A stretch of DNA of 64,000 nucleotides, taken from Clostridiales bacterium (lineage in GTDB: Bacteria > Bacillota > Clostridia > Oscillospirales > Oscillospiraceae). How positions within the stretch are numbered: the stretch's first letter is position 1; every line of letters begins with the position of its first letter. The DNA lies in assembly GCA_018374635.1 (NCBI GenBank), contig JAHAEW010000004.1, positions 11,007 to 75,006 of the forward strand. The letters run 5' to 3'. The position numbers and the translations under genes were made by a program. Positions 36,065 to 47,556 of this stretch are shown one piece after another. Below the pieces are notes generated by a model. It did not search any database and was not told the origin of the DNA. It saw only the letters and a list, made by a program, of their open reading frames with translations.

Positions 36065-36799
36065 CTATGCCCGGTTCCGTCCGGCAAGTGTCATGACCAC
36101 GTCGCCAGCCATCATCAGCCCCGCGCAGGAGGGGACCCAGGACACGCTGGCCGGCACGCTGCGGCGTCCCGGCGGCGGGGCCTCCCCGCTCTGGTCGGTG
36201 ACGGCGGGCAGCTCCGGCGACCAGACCACCCGGTGGTGATGAATCCCCCGGCTGCGCAGCTCCCTGCGCACCACCCGGGCCAGAGGGCAGCCCTCTGTTC
36301 TGGAGATGTCGCTGATGCGGAACTGACCGGGGTCCAGCTTGTTGCCCGTGCCCAGCGCCGAGATCATGGGGATGCCCCGTCCCAATACGGTCTGGATCAG
36401 ATCCAGCTTGCAGGAGACCAGGTCGATGGCGTCCACCACAAAATCATAGTGCTCACCGAAAAATTCCTCCCGGCAAGCCCCCTCATACCGCTTTACCACC
36501 GGGGTCACCCGGCAGTCCGGGCTGATGTCTCTCACCCGGGCGGCCATAACCTCCGCCTTGGGCATCCCCAGGGTGGAGTGGAGGGCCCCCAGCTGCCGGT
36601 TCAGGTTGGTCATCCCCACATCGTCATGGTCCACCAGGGTCAGCGCTCCAATCCCGGCCCGGGCCAGCGCCTCCACCGCCCAGCTTCCCACGCCGCCCAG
36701 GCCGAATACCGCCACACGGCTGTTCCAAAGCCGCTCCATGGCCTCCTCTCCCAGCACCATTCCCGTACGCAAAAAGGCTTCCTGTCCCACTGCTTTCAC
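36065..36799 (-). CDS. tcdA: tRNA threonylcarbamoyladenosine dehydratase (ThiF/MoeB/HesA E1-like)
   Basis: RVAVFGLGGVGSWAVEALARAGIGALTLVDHDDVGMTNLNRQ, TcdA/CsdL family. Confidence 0.75.
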   Translation of the reverse strand: MKAVGQEAFLRTGMVLGEEAMERLWNSRVAVFGLGGVGSWAVEALARAGIGALTLVDHDDVGMTNLNRQLGALHSTLGMPKAEVMAARVRDISPDCRVTPVVKRYEGACREEFFGEHYDFVVDAIDLVSCKLDLIQTVLGRGIPMISALGTGNKLDPGQFRISDISRTEGCPLARVVRRELRSRGIHHHRVVWSPELPAVTDQSGEAPPPGRRSVPASVSWVPSCAGLMMAGDVVMTLAGRNRA

Positions 36800-36874
36800 T
36801 CCTTCTGTCCGATAAAAGGGGGCGGGGCAATGCCCCGCCCCTCAGGCTGCTAAATTTGAATTATCCCGTGCAGA

Positions 36875-38421
36875 TCAGCCGATATACCGGATACCGGAAG
36901 CGTCCACGGCCTCGTAGCCCTCCTGAAGGCCCTCCAGCCAGGTCTGGACGTCGGCATCCCGCAGGGCATTCTCCGAGGTGTACTTCCACAGGGGATCGCC
37001 CACGCTGTCCAGATACATGACATGCCAGCCCTGCTGACCGGACTGGGTATTCTCCACCAGGCCGGTGTCGCCCGCCTTGCGGCCGTCGGCAAAGATCCAG
37101 TTCAGGAAATCAGAGAAGAAACTGGTGCTGCGGGTCACATTCTCATAGAGGCCGCCGTTGTCCTTGGAGCCGGGATCCTCGGAGTTGGCCTTGGCCAGCT
37201 CGGCAAAGGAATCGGCACTCTGGTCGCCGGCCTTGAACTGATCCAGGATCTCCTGGGCCTTGTCCTCAGCGGCCTGCATGGCCTCCTCGGTAGGCTCCTC
37301 CTCACCCTCGGCCACCTCGGCCTTTACCAGGATGTGGCGGATATTGGCTGTGCCGAAGTCCTCCTCGTTGCGGAAGCGCTCCACAAACTGCACCACATAG
37401 TAGCCGGAGCCCTCAGACTCGATGACCGTCACATCGCCGGTCTTGCGGCTGCTGTCGCTGAGCCACTCCTGATAGGTACCGCTGATGGAGCTGCCCACAT
37501 TGCTGGTCTCCCCGCTATAAGTCAGGCTCTCGTCCTCGGCCTTGGCCGCCTCGGCGGCTGCGGCAAAGTCAGACTGCTCCACCTCGCTCTGGAAGGCGTC
37601 GGCCTTGGCCTTGGCGGCCTCCATGGCGGCGGTCTTTTCCTCCTCGGTGGGCTCCACGGTGTTGCCATCCTCATCGGTGGTGCTCTCCGCGGTGCCGCTG
37701 AAGAAGATGGTGTGATAGCGGTAGGTATCCAGGTCCGCGGCGTTCTCGGTATAGTACTTCTCCAGCGCGGCGTTATCATAGGTCAGGCTGTCGGAATACG
37801 CGGTCTGATACTGAGCGGCCAGAACGCTCTCCTCCAGACAGGAGCGCAGGACCTTTTCGTTCATATAGGGCCCAAAGTACACCTTGAGGAAGCTGTTCAG
37901 GCTGGGGTACCCGCTCTGGCTGGCGCCGGTGCGGTAGCTCTCCAGAAGGCTCTCCAGCTGCTCCTGGCTCTCCTCGGTCAGGGTCACGCCCTCTTCCCGG
38001 GCAGCGTCGGCCAGAGCGGCCTCCTGGATCATGGAAGCCTTGGCCTGCTCCATAAAGAGGTCGTAGTAGGTCTTGCCGCTCTCCTCATCCACCACCTGGT
38101 CCCGGTCGGACTTGGTGGAATCATAGCCCATCATGGACAGATAGTAGCCGTAACCCTGCTTGGTCTGACCATAGTAGTAAGAGACCTCGGCGGGACTGTA
38201 ATCCCGTCCGTTGATGGTCATGGCGACGGTACGGCTCTGGAAGAAGCCGGAATTCCAAACCAGCAGGGCCACCACCAGGACGGCCACCACCACGCCGATG
38301 ACCGTATAGATCACGGTATTCCGCTTCTTGATGGCAGCTTCCTTGCGCTCCTTGATCTGCTTCTGGGTGAGCCCCTGACTGGGGTCATCCTGGCGCTGCT
38401 TCTTTTCTCTGGATGCGCTCA
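36875..38421 (-). CDS. Peptidylprolyl isomerase, parvulin-type (PrsA/SurA-like, membrane-anchored)
   Basis: N-terminal TM after a basic stretch, a long SurA-like chaperone region, and a PpiC domain (ANIRHILVKA...GGLYENVTRSTSF). Start at the internal MSASREKK at 38421. Confidence 0.7.
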
Positions 38422-38555
38422 TTTTATTCAGTCCTCTCGTAGTAATTCCCGCGAAGGGTAGTCTTCGCATAAACAACTTGACATTATACAGGAAAAGCCG
38501 TTTTCTTTCAAGCCCCAAGGCCGCTTCTCCTTCGGACGCATCGAGTTTTTACGGT

Positions 38556-39722
38556 TTATTCACACTTGTCCCACCATGCCTCGACAGCCTCCCGGCTGGC
38601 GGTGACGCTGCCCTGGACCATCCCCGCGGAGCCGCCGCCCCGGCCCCTCAGTGCGGCATTCATCTCCCGGACCAGCGGCCGGAGATCCCGCCCGGCAGCG
38701 CCCAGAATATAGCGGAAACCTCCCTCCTCCGGGGCAAAGGCGGCGCACAGTCCGATCCCCCGCTCCAATGCGGCGTTGACCAGCGCCCGGAGCGCGTCGG
38801 CATCCAGCTCTTCAAAGACAAGGACCCGCTCGGCCCCCTGGGGCAGGATCTCCGCCTTGGCACGGGCCAGGGCCCGCCCCAGCCGGACGGCGCGGAGTCT
38901 GGCCTGCTCCAGTTCCCCGCTCATCCGGCGGGCGGCCTCGGCTACCTCCTCCTGCTTGGCCGAGAGCAGATTGGAGAGGGCGGTGACGCTGGCCTGCTTG
39001 CGCATCACATCCTCCACCGCCCGGCTGCCGCAGAGCATGCGCAGGCGCACACCCCCCTTCCAGTTCTGCATGGAGAGCAGGTGGATGAGCCCCACCTCCC
39101 CCGTGCGTCCCACATGGGGCGCGCAGCAGGCACACCGGTCATACCCGGAAATGGTGACGATGCGCACATGCTCTTTCAAATCCAGCTTGCTGCGGTATTC
39201 CAGATGCTCCAGCTCCTCCGGCGCGGGATAGGCGCACACCACGGGGACGTTCTCCGAGACCGCCCGGTTGGCCCGGCGCTCCACCTCCTGGACGTCCGCC
39301 CAGGTCACCGGTCCGCTCAGGTCGATGGTGATCTCCTCTTCTCCCAGATGAAAGCCCACGTTCTCCAGCCCGTAGAGGGTGTGGAAGAGTCCGGAGACGA
39401 TATGCTCCCCGGTGTGGCACTGCATCCGGGAAAAACGCACCTCCCAGTCGATCTCCCCCCGCACATTTCCGCCCGCCGGCAGGGGGCGGTCCGTTTGGTG
39501 CCAGATTGCGCCCCCCTCTTCCCGGGTGTCAGTGACGGTCAGGGGGACCCCCTCCGCCGGATACAGCGTCCCCACATCGCCGAACTGTCCGCCCCCCTCT
39601 GGAAAGAAACAGGTCCGGTCCAGGGCGATCCGCCACCCGCCCTTCCGCTCCTCGCAGGCCAGAACGGTGGCCTCCATTGAGCGGATATAACTGTCCAGAT
39701 CATACACGCGCTCTGTCATCAT
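38556..39722 (-). CDS. alaX: Alanyl-tRNA editing protein AlaX-L type
   Basis: MQCHTGEHIVSGLFH...CCAPHV carry the AlaRS editing-domain zinc motifs. 388 aa. Confidence 0.75.
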   Translation of the reverse strand: MMTERVYDLDSYIRSMEATVLACEERKGGWRIALDRTCFFPEGGGQFGDVGTLYPAEGVPLTVTDTREEGGAIWHQTDRPLPAGGNVRGEIDWEVRFSRMQCHTGEHIVSGLFHTLYGLENVGFHLGEEEITIDLSGPVTWADVQEVERRANRAVSENVPVVCAYPAPEELEHLEYRSKLDLKEHVRIVTISGYDRCACCAPHVGRTGEVGLIHLLSMQNWKGGVRLRMLCGSRAVEDVMRKQASVTALSNLLSAKQEEVAEAARRMSGELEQARLRAVRLGRALARAKAEILPQGAERVLVFEELDADALRALVNAALERGIGLCAAFAPEEGGFRYILGAAGRDLRPLVREMNAALRGRGGGSAGMVQGSVTASREAVEAWWDKCE

Positions 39723-39817
39723 AGCAAGTATTTCTCCTTTTCAACCCTTGAAAAAACAAGTCTTTTGTCAAAAGCGGGGACCCGCGGTGCGGGTCCCCGT
39801 CTCTCCAATGGCTTACA

Positions 39818-41938
39818 TTATTTGGCGTAGTAGTTGATGAGGCATCCAGCCAGGATGATCTCCCGCTCTTCCTGCGTGATGCCGGGCAGTTTGAGGGTCA
39901 CCGGACGCTCTGTCCCGTTCTGGACCAGGATGGCCTGGATGTTCTCCTCACCCCGCTCCAGAGCGGCGCGGATTCCGGGCAGATAGAGCTGATCGCCGGG
40001 CTGGATCTGCCACTCCTTCACATCCTCGGCGATGAAGGGAAGCATGCCCCAGTTCACCACATTGGAGCGGTAGCGCTTGGTGGCAAACTCCGCGCACAGG
40101 TTGGCGCAGCCACCCAGAACCCGCTGGCAGGAGGCCGCCTGCTCCCGGGCGGAGCCGTCGCCGGGCTTGAGGGCCATGATGAAAGAGCCCAGTCCGGTGG
40201 TCTTGGGGTCCCGGCCCATGAGGGCGCCGGCGGCCTCTCCGGCACGGCGCTTGCGCTCCTCAGCCAGGATCGCCTTGGCGCGGGGCACATACTGAGGGTC
40301 CTTCCGGGACAGGGCAAACTCGCTCAGGCGCAGAGGGTTGGAGCGGTAGGAGGAGGTCTCGCCGGAGGGGATCAGCTCGTCGGTGGTGGTCACCGGGTCA
40401 TAGATGGCCGCCGCCGCCGTGAGGAGCAGGTTCTCCGGCAGGGGGATCTGCTCGGGCCAGTCGGCGATGTTGGGGCCGTAGACCAGCTCCGTCTCCGGTT
40501 TGGCCTTTCCCACGCCGAAATAGACCCGGGAGCGGTAGGCCGAGTCGTCATAGCTCCAGTTCTCATCCCTCTGGTCAGCCGGGCAGCCGGGCAGCTCGTC
40601 CGCCCCGGTGAGCACGCCGCCGTTGCGGGCGGTGGCCGCAATGGAGCGGGCGTCCATCAGGGCCACATAGGAGATCTGGCCCTCGCCGGGCTTGGAGCCC
40701 TCCCGGTTGGGGAAGTTGCGGGTGGAGTGGCGGATGGAGAAGGCCCCGTTGGCAGGCACGTCTCCCGCGCCGAAGCAGGGGCCGCAGAAGCAGGAGCGGA
40801 TGGAGGCCCCCGCCGCCATCAGGTCGGCAATGTAGCCCTGCCGGGTCAGCTCCAGATTGATGGGCATGGAGCCGGGATAGCAGGAGAGCCAGAACTCATC
40901 CGAACCAATGGCGCTCCCCTTCAGGATCTGGGCAGCGCGCACCAGGTTTTGATAGGTGCCGCCCGAACAGCCGGCGATGACGCCCTGATCCACATGGAGC
41001 TGTCCGTTCACCAGCTTATCGGTGAGGGGCGCGGCGCCCTTGATCCCAAGCTGTTGGGCCGCGTCGGCCTCCACCTGGCGGAGCAGCTCCCGGGCGTTGG
41101 CCTTGAACTCCCGGATGGTATAGGCGTTGGAGGGGTGGAAGGGCAGCGCGATCATGGGCTCCACCGCAGACAGGTCCACCTCCAGCAGCCCGTCATACCA
41201 GGCGCCGTCGGCAGGGGCCTGAGCCTTGAACTCCTCCCCCCGGCCCAGGGCGGTCAGATGGGCGCGGGTGATCTCGTCCGTGCTCCACACAGAGGACAGG
41301 CAGGCGGTCTCGGTAGTCATCACGTCGATGCCGGAGCGGTAGTCCATGGACAGGCTCCCCACGCCGGGGCCAAAAAACTCCATGACGGCGTTCTTCACCA
41401 CGCCCTCCCGGAAGGTGGCCCCGATGATGGCAAGGGCCACATCCTGGGGACCCACGCCGGGCCGGGGCGCGCCGGTGAGGCAGATGCCGATGACCTTGGG
41501 ATAGGCGATGTCATAGGTCTTGCGCAGAAGCTGGCGGGCCAGCTCCGGCCCGCCCTCGCCGATGGCCATGGCACCGTAGGCGCCGTACCGGGTGTGGGAG
41601 TCGGAGCCCAGGATCATCCTGCCCGGCGCGGCGTACCGCTCCCGCATATAGGAGTGGATGACCGCCTGGTGGGCGGGCACAAACTCACCGCCGTACTTCT
41701 TGGCGGCCGAGAGGCCGAATACATGGTCGTCCTCGTTGATGGTGCCGCCCACCGCGCACAGGGAGTTGTGGCAGTTGGTGAGCACATAGGGCAGCGGAAA
41801 TTCTGTCAGTCCGGAGGCCCGGGCAGTCTGGATGATGCCCACATACGTAATGTCGTGGGAGGCCATGGCGTCAAACCGGATGGCCAGACGGTCCATGGTA
41901 TCCAGCGTGTTGTGGGCTTTGAGGATGCCATAGGCCAT
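39818..41938 (-). CDS. Aconitase-family Fe-S hydro-lyase (aconitate hydratase-like)
   Basis: GSDSHT, CSGGTYQNL and SCFCGPCFG are aconitase cluster-ligand motifs. It has a swivel-domain C-terminus. The start is taken at MAYGILKAHN with RBS AGGGAGGG. The ORF could extend to 42064. Confidence 0.7.
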   Translation of the reverse strand: MAYGILKAHNTLDTMDRLAIRFDAMASHDITYVGIIQTARASGLTEFPLPYVLTNCHNSLCAVGGTINEDDHVFGLSAAKKYGGEFVPAHQAVIHSYMRERYAAPGRMILGSDSHTRYGAYGAMAIGEGGPELARQLLRKTYDIAYPKVIGICLTGAPRPGVGPQDVALAIIGATFREGVVKNAVMEFFGPGVGSLSMDYRSGIDVMTTETACLSSVWSTDEITRAHLTALGRGEEFKAQAPADGAWYDGLLEVDLSAVEPMIALPFHPSNAYTIREFKANARELLRQVEADAAQQLGIKGAAPLTDKLVNGQLHVDQGVIAGCSGGTYQNLVRAAQILKGSAIGSDEFWLSCYPGSMPINLELTRQGYIADLMAAGASIRSCFCGPCFGAGDVPANGAFSIRHSTRNFPNREGSKPGEGQISYVALMDARSIAATARNGGVLTGADELPGCPADQRDENWSYDDSAYRSRVYFGVGKAKPETELVYGPNIADWPEQIPLPENLLLTAAAAIYDPVTTTDELIPSGETSSYRSNPLRLSEFALSRKDPQYVPRAKAILAEERKRRAGEAAGALMGRDPKTTGLGSFIMALKPGDGSAREQAASCQRVLGGCANLCAEFATKRYRSNVVNWGMLPFIAEDVKEWQIQPGDQLYLPGIRAALERGEENIQAILVQNGTERPVTLKLPGITQEEREIILAGCLINYYAK

Positions 41939-42262
41939 GGTGCCCTCCCTGGCTTTGGCGGGGGCGGGCAGGCCGGCGGCCCGCCCCTCCTCCTCCGAAA
42001 GAAAGGCGCCGGAACGGCAGTAGGCGCCGGAACGTGTGATTCGAATCATGTGGTTTCCCTCCAAACGGTGTCGCTCACATTTAGCGATTTAATTTATTGT
42101 ATCAAGAAGCGGCAGAGAGTGCAACCCTTCCACGTCTCTTCTTTCCCGATTTTGCACAAGTTCTTTTTGGAATTTATGTCAACTATTTTAGCGGGATTCG
42201 GTTGACGGATTTTCTCCTTTCCGGTAAAATTATGTCTGCAATTCTCAGAAAAGGAGTCCGTC

Positions 42263-43840
42263 ATGAAAAAAACTTTCCTATGTCTCCTCGCCATGCTCTG
42301 TCTGCTGGCCGGCTTTCTCACCGCCCAGGCGGCCGGACCGGCGGGAACGTTGAGCGTCTCTTTTTACAGTGAGAGCGCCAAGCGCTATGACGCCCCTGTC
42401 CAGACCGATCTGGTTCAGCTCCAGCTGGACGGCACGGCCCTTACCCCGCCTGACGTCCCGGCCCTCATCCAGTACATCGGCGGCGCAGGGCGGACTCTGG
42501 TCCCGGTGCGTCTGGTCTCGGAAGCCCTGGGTGCCGACGTGCTCTGGGTCAACGACACCCGTCAGGTCATCATCCAGAATGAGAGTCAGACCATCGTGCT
42601 CACCCTGGGCTCCTCCAAGGCAACGGTCAACGGCACGATTACCGATCTGCCCGGCGGCGTTCCGGCCGGCGCGGTCAAATACAACGGGAAAGAGAGCACC
42701 ATGGTCCCCCTCCGGTTCGTCTCGGAGACGCTGGGGGCGGAGGTCCTCTGGGACAACGACACCTTTACCGCCGATATCCGCACCGGGGCGGTTACTCCGA
42801 CTCCCACCCCCACGCCGACCCCGACTCCTACTCCGACTCCCACGCCTACGCCCACACCGACTCCCACTCCCACGCCGACCCCTACGCCCACACCGTCGCC
42901 GGAGCATGAGGATCGGGGCACTATCGTGCGCATCGAGCAGGATGACAACGCCCAGTCCATCTTTATCGCCACCAACCACGTGCCCGAATACCGGGTGGTG
43001 GATCTGGGAACCCGGGTCGCCGTGGATATTCTGGGCACGGTCATCGACCCGGGCAGCGGCAGCATCACCGTGGAAAACGAGGTGATCACCGCCGTCCGCT
43101 ACGCCCAGCACGGGGACGACCTGGGATACAGCTATCCCCACACGGTGCGCGTGGTCTTTGACCTGGCGGACGGCTTTACTTACTCGGAAAATATCACCGT
43201 AGAAAAGCAGGTGGGCGGCGTTCTGGTCACCTCTCACTATGAGGACGCGGCGCCTCCCCCGGACATCCCAACCGATCCCATCGATCCCTCCACCGCTACC
43301 ATCGTGATCGACCCCGGCCATGGCGGCTCCGCCTCCGGCGCCTACTATGAGGGGATCATGGAAAAGGACCTCACCTTCCCCATCAGCCTCTGTCTGCGGG
43401 ACATTCTGGCCGCTGAGGGCTACAATGTGATCATGACACGGGAGAGTGACGTCTACATGACCCTCTCCGACCGGTGTGCGGTGGCCAACGAGGTGGACGC
43501 CGACCTCTTTATCAGCATCCACTGCAATGCATTGGCCAACAACACGAATTACCAGGGTCTCATCACCTTCTATTCCACAGGCAGTACCAAGGGCCAAAAA
43601 CTGGCCCAGGCCGTTCAGGACGCCACGGCAGAGGCCACCGGGGCCATCAACCGCGGCATCCGGAACAACTCCGACTATACCGTCCTGCGGCAGACCAAAA
43701 TGCCCGCCATTCTGGTGGAGACCGGCTTTATGTCCTCCCATGAGGAGCTCATGCGCCTGTCCGACCCGGCCTACCAGCAGCTTCTGGCCCAGGGCATGGC
43801 GGACGGAATCATCCGGTATCTGAATCCCCAGTCTGCCTGA
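42263..43840 (+). CDS. N-acetylmuramoyl-L-alanine amidase (Amidase_3) with signal peptide, two copper-amine-oxidase-like N-domains, (TP)n linker and AMIN-like domain
   Basis: [23 protein letters not shown] is a signal peptide. The repeated [20 protein letters not shown] and [20 protein letters not shown] are Cu_amine_oxidN1 repeats. C-terminal IVIDPGHGG...FISIHCNA...ILVETGFMS is the Amidase_3 catalytic core. Confidence 0.8.
   Translation: MKKTFLCLLAMLCLLAGFLTAQAAGPAGTLSVSFYSESAKRYDAPVQTDLVQLQLDGTALTPPDVPALIQYIGGAGRTLVPVRLVSEALGADVLWVNDTRQVIIQNESQTIVLTLGSSKATVNGTITDLPGGVPAGAVKYNGKESTMVPLRFVSETLGAEVLWDNDTFTADIRTGAVTPTPTPTPTPTPTPTPTPTPTPTPTPTPTPTPTPSPEHEDRGTIVRIEQDDNAQSIFIATNHVPEYRVVDLGTRVAVDILGTVIDPGSGSITVENEVITAVRYAQHGDDLGYSYPHTVRVVFDLADGFTYSENITVEKQVGGVLVTSHYEDAAPPPDIPTDPIDPSTATIVIDPGHGGSASGAYYEGIMEKDLTFPISLCLRDILAAEGYNVIMTRESDVYMTLSDRCAVANEVDADLFISIHCNALANNTNYQGLITFYSTGSTKGQKLAQAVQDATAEATGAINRGIRNNSDYTVLRQTKMPAILVETGFMSSHEELMRLSDPAYQQLLAQGMADGIIRYLNPQSA
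42783..42900 (+). repeat. Imperfect tandem hexanucleotide repeat encoding about 19 x Thr-Pro linker
   Basis: (ACN CCN)n, translated [38 protein letters not shown]. Confidence 0.9.
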
Positions 43841-43855
43841 TTTCTAATGAAGAGT

Positions 43856-43905
43856 GCCCCTGTTCCCTGAGCGCCGCTCATGGAACAGGGGCATTTGCTT
43901 TTATT
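43856..43905. terminator. Bidirectional terminator between convergent amidase (+) and kdpE (-)
   Basis: gcccctgttcc-ctgagcgccgctcatg-gaacaggggc followed by atttgcttttatt. Confidence 0.6.
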
Positions 43906-44602
43906 CCACTTTCATCATCCGATACCCCACCCCGATGTGGGTCTGAATATACTGGGGCGACCCAGGTTCTTTTTCCAGCTTCTTGCGGAGCGTGGCCATG
44001 AATACCCGGAGGGAGGCCACATCGTTTTCCCAGCTTCTGCCCCAGATTTGCTGGGTGATAAAAGTATGGGTCAGTACCTTGCCCACATTCTTGCACAGCA
44101 GGCACAGCAGCTTATACTCGCTGGGGGTCAGGTGGAGCTCCTGGTCTCCCAGAAAGGCGCATCCGGCGGCGTAATCCACCTTCAGCCTGCCGTTTGTAAA
44201 GACAGCCTCGGCGTTCACCGTGCCGATTTGCAGGGTGGCCAGCCGCCGCTGAGTCACGCGCAGCCGGGCCAGCAGCTCCTCCACCGAAAAAGGCTTGGTC
44301 AGATAGTCATCTGCCCCCGCGTCCAGCGCGTCGATCTTATCGGTATCCTCACTGCGGGCACTGATGACGATGATGGGCAGATTGGACCAGGACCGGACCC
44401 GACGGATCACCTCAATGCCGTCAATATCCGGCAGTCCCAGATCCAGAAGAATGATCTCCGGATTGTGAGACGAGGCCTCCAGGATCGCTGACTCGCCGTT
44501 GGCGGCGGTCAGAAAGCGATAGTCGTGGGCTTTCAGGGTGGTCGTGATCAAATTACGGACGGGCACATCATCCTCCACGACCAGAATCAGCGGTTTATTC
44601 AT
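43901..44602 (-). CDS. kdpE: KdpE-type OmpR-family response regulator
   Basis: ILVVEDDVPVRNLITTTLKAHDY...LDLGLPDIDG...GVGYRM. Located directly downstream of kdpD, overlapping it by 8 bp. Confidence 0.85.
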   Translation of the reverse strand: MNKPLILVVEDDVPVRNLITTTLKAHDYRFLTAANGESAILEASSHNPEIILLDLGLPDIDGIEVIRRVRSWSNLPIIVISARSEDTDKIDALDAGADDYLTKPFSVEELLARLRVTQRRLATLQIGTVNAEAVFTNGRLKVDYAAGCAFLGDQELHLTPSEYKLLCLLCKNVGKVLTHTFITQQIWGRSWENDVASLRVFMATLRKKLEKEPGSPQYIQTHIGVGYRMMKVE

Positions 44603-47240
44603 GCAGCTCTACCTCCCCAGCCGGTACAGAAAATGTAAAAATGGTTCCTTGCGGCACATGGTCCGAGACCGTGATCCCGCCTCCATGGGCATTGACAATG
44701 GATTTGCACAGCGCCAACCCCAGCCCTATACTGCGCCGGCTGTCCGCGATCTGGTTGGCCGCGCTGTAAAACATGTCGAAGATATGCGGCTTGGCCTCAT
44801 CGGAAATGCCCGGTCCATTGTCCGCGATAGAGACCTCTACGAAACGGTCCCTCTTTCTCCATCCGATGTTGATTTCCGAGCCCGGAGGGGTGTATTTGAT
44901 GGCATTGTCCACAATATTGATCAGCACCTGGACGATGAGCTTTGCGTCGATCCGGACCAGTGTATACTCGTCGCTGCTCTGGACCTGCAGCCTGTACTCC
45001 ACGCTCTTCCGGTTGATATGCCGCAGCGCCTCGGCCACCACCTCGTCCATCAGCTCGGTGGAGAGGTGCAGATTCATCCGCCCTTCCTCCAGGCGGCTGA
45101 CTGAGAGAAGATTTTCCACCAGGTTGATCAGCCACATGGCGTCATCGTAGATGTCGGTGTACATCTGCTCCTTGGCCTTTTCATCGAAGAGGCCTCCGTT
45201 GGAGAGCAGGTTGCTGGCATTTCCCGAGATGGAGGTCAGCGGGGTGCGCAGGTCATGAGAGATCGAGCGCAGCAGGTTGGCGCGCAGCTGTTCATTCTTG
45301 GCCAGGACGGCAGCCGCCTCTTTTTCCTCCAGATTCTTCCGGTTCTCCAGCGCCAGTGCGCACTCTCCCAACACAGAGAGGAGGAGACTGCACTCAAACG
45401 AGTCCAAGGGACGATCTCCCACCGCGATCCCCACCACGCCGTATACCTGCTCTCCCGTGCGGATGGAGAGATAGGTGCACCGTGCATCGGACAGGGCGTC
45501 TGTCCCCGCGCCTGCTCTTCGGTTGTTCTTCAGGACCCACTGAGCGGCCTCCCGCTCCCGCTCCGAGGTATATAACTCATAATCGGGGGCTTCCTCCACC
45601 GAAAAAATCTCCAGCGGCTGTAACGCGCCCCCCTCCGCCAGGCAGGCGACGATATCCCGTTGGAAGATCTTGACCATCTGTCTGGCCGTGATAGAGAGGA
45701 TCTCGGACTGGCTGTGTGCTTTTTGCAGATTCTGGTTGGTCTCAAAAAGGAGTCTGGTCCGCCATGCCACCTGGGCTGAGCGTTTGGCGTGGGACTTCAG
45801 CCTGGCGGCCAGAGAGCCCGTGAGCAGGGACGCCAAAAACATCACCAGAAATGTCACCGGATAGCCGCTGTCATAGGCCTGAAGGGAAAAGCGGGGCGCC
45901 GTAAAGAAAAAGTTAAAGGCCAGTACGCTTACAATAGAGGCAGCCAGGCTGCACACCGGACTCTTGGTAAAGACCGAGATCAGCATTACACCCAGAATAT
46001 AGAGCGTGATGATATTGGCCTCTGTAAAGCCCAGCCGATAGAAACCCACGCCGATCAGGGTGGCCAGGGCAAAGATCAGCACGCTCTTTTCCAAATCACG
46101 GAGGGACGGCATGGGGATATGCATGCCCTCCCGGCGCCGGTCAGAGAACGCCCGGCTGATCCCGCTATCCGGGATGATGTGAACGTCCAGCTCTGGGACA
46201 AGGCCGATCAGCCGCTCGGTCAGAGATGTTTTCCAGAGAAACCTCCCATGGGCTCCCCTGCTGCGCCCGAGCACGATCCGGGTGACGCCCGAGATGCGGG
46301 CAAACTCCGCGATCTGATCGGCCGCGTCCTCTCCGTACAGCGTCTCCGCCGACGCCCCCAGCTGTTCGGCCAGGCGGACATGAGCGTCCAGACGCTCCCG
46401 GTCGGCCGCAGTCATCCGGGCTGCGCTCCTTGTCTCCACAAACAGCGCGGTAAAATTGCACCGGAAAGCGCCCGCCATCCCGGCCGCTGTACGGATGACT
46501 TTCGCGTTGGCGGGCGACGGCGAAAGGCAGACCAGAATATGCTCCCGGCTGTGATCGTCCGGCGTGTTCTGTATTCCCTTTGTATACAGAGCGGCCCGGT
46601 CCGCGCACCGGCGCAGTCCCACCTCCCGCAGCGCGCTCATCTCTGCCGCGGAGTACCGGGCAAGCAGCTCTGTTTTCCCTGCCCGGCGCAGACGCTCCCG
46701 CAGGCACTCCGGCTCTATATCGACAAAATACACTTGCGCCGCGCGGTCAAAAACACCGTCTGGAATGCGTTCGGATACCGTACCCCCGACGATAGCCGAG
46801 ACCGTATCCTGAATGCTCTCCATGTTCTGGATATCCAGTGTGGTATAGACATCAATCCCCGCCTCCAGCATCGCCCAGATCTCCTGATAACGCTTCTTAT
46901 AGCGGGCATTCCCTATATTCTGGTAGGAAAGGTCATCGATCAGAAGCACCTGCGGCTTTCGGTTCAGACACGCCCGCAGATCGACCTCGTAACGGACTGC
47001 TCCCTGTTTCTCCACCGGCACACAGGGCACTCTTTCAAATCCTTCCGCCAGCCGGCGGGTCTCGGGCCACAGATGCTCCGAGAACAGCCCGATAACTACA
47101 TCCATCCCGCCCGCTCTGGCCTGCTCTCCCGCCCGCAGCATCGCGTAGCTCTTTCCAGCGCCGGACAGGTAGCTGGCAAAAATGGTGAGCTTTCCGCACG
47201 ATCTTTTTCCTCTCTGCCCATCCTGCGTTACTGCGTCCAT
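44595..47240 (-). CDS. kdpD: Sensor histidine kinase KdpD (KdpD N-domain + USP + 4 TM + GAF-like + HisKA/HATPase)
   Basis: CGKLTIFASYLSGAGKSYAML (P-loop KdpD domain), H-box LLRSISHDLRTPLTSI, G-box RRSIGLGLALCKSI. Start at the internal MDAVTQD at 47240. Confidence 0.85.
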   Translation of the reverse strand: MDAVTQDGQRGKRSCGKLTIFASYLSGAGKSYAMLRAGEQARAGGMDVVIGLFSEHLWPETRRLAEGFERVPCVPVEKQGAVRYEVDLRACLNRKPQVLLIDDLSYQNIGNARYKKRYQEIWAMLEAGIDVYTTLDIQNMESIQDTVSAIVGGTVSERIPDGVFDRAAQVYFVDIEPECLRERLRRAGKTELLARYSAAEMSALREVGLRRCADRAALYTKGIQNTPDDHSREHILVCLSPSPANAKVIRTAAGMAGAFRCNFTALFVETRSAARMTAADRERLDAHVRLAEQLGASAETLYGEDAADQIAEFARISGVTRIVLGRSRGAHGRFLWKTSLTERLIGLVPELDVHIIPDSGISRAFSDRRREGMHIPMPSLRDLEKSVLIFALATLIGVGFYRLGFTEANIITLYILGVMLISVFTKSPVCSLAASIVSVLAFNFFFTAPRFSLQAYDSGYPVTFLVMFLASLLTGSLAARLKSHAKRSAQVAWRTRLLFETNQNLQKAHSQSEILSITARQMVKIFQRDIVACLAEGGALQPLEIFSVEEAPDYELYTSEREREAAQWVLKNNRRAGAGTDALSDARCTYLSIRTGEQVYGVVGIAVGDRPLDSFECSLLLSVLGECALALENRKNLEEKEAAAVLAKNEQLRANLLRSISHDLRTPLTSISGNASNLLSNGGLFDEKAKEQMYTDIYDDAMWLINLVENLLSVSRLEEGRMNLHLSTELMDEVVAEALRHINRKSVEYRLQVQSSDEYTLVRIDAKLIVQVLINIVDNAIKYTPPGSEINIGWRKRDRFVEVSIADNGPGISDEAKPHIFDMFYSAANQIADSRRSIGLGLALCKSIVNAHGGGITVSDHVPQGTIFTFSVPAGEVELHE

Positions 47241-47556
47241 GGTAGCCCCCCCTTCAAACACGGATATTATACCACAGCGCCGCGCATTCTGCTGAACAAA
47301 TTCCAGAATGGCAGCGCCCGCTCCCTCCTTGGGCACAGGCACCGCCCATATCCTTCTCACTATCGTGATTTTTCTTTATAGATTTTTTCAGTCTGTTCCT
47401 ATTATCCATATCTGGTCTAAAAAAGGCATTGATATCTTTTTGTCCGCATTAAAGCTGTATAAAGGAGCAATCATGACCGGAGGGCTGTCCAACTCTCGTC
47501 AGACAGCCCTCCAACCACAGGTTTTCTGTATTTGCTCTCAGCCCGGTAGATCTCTT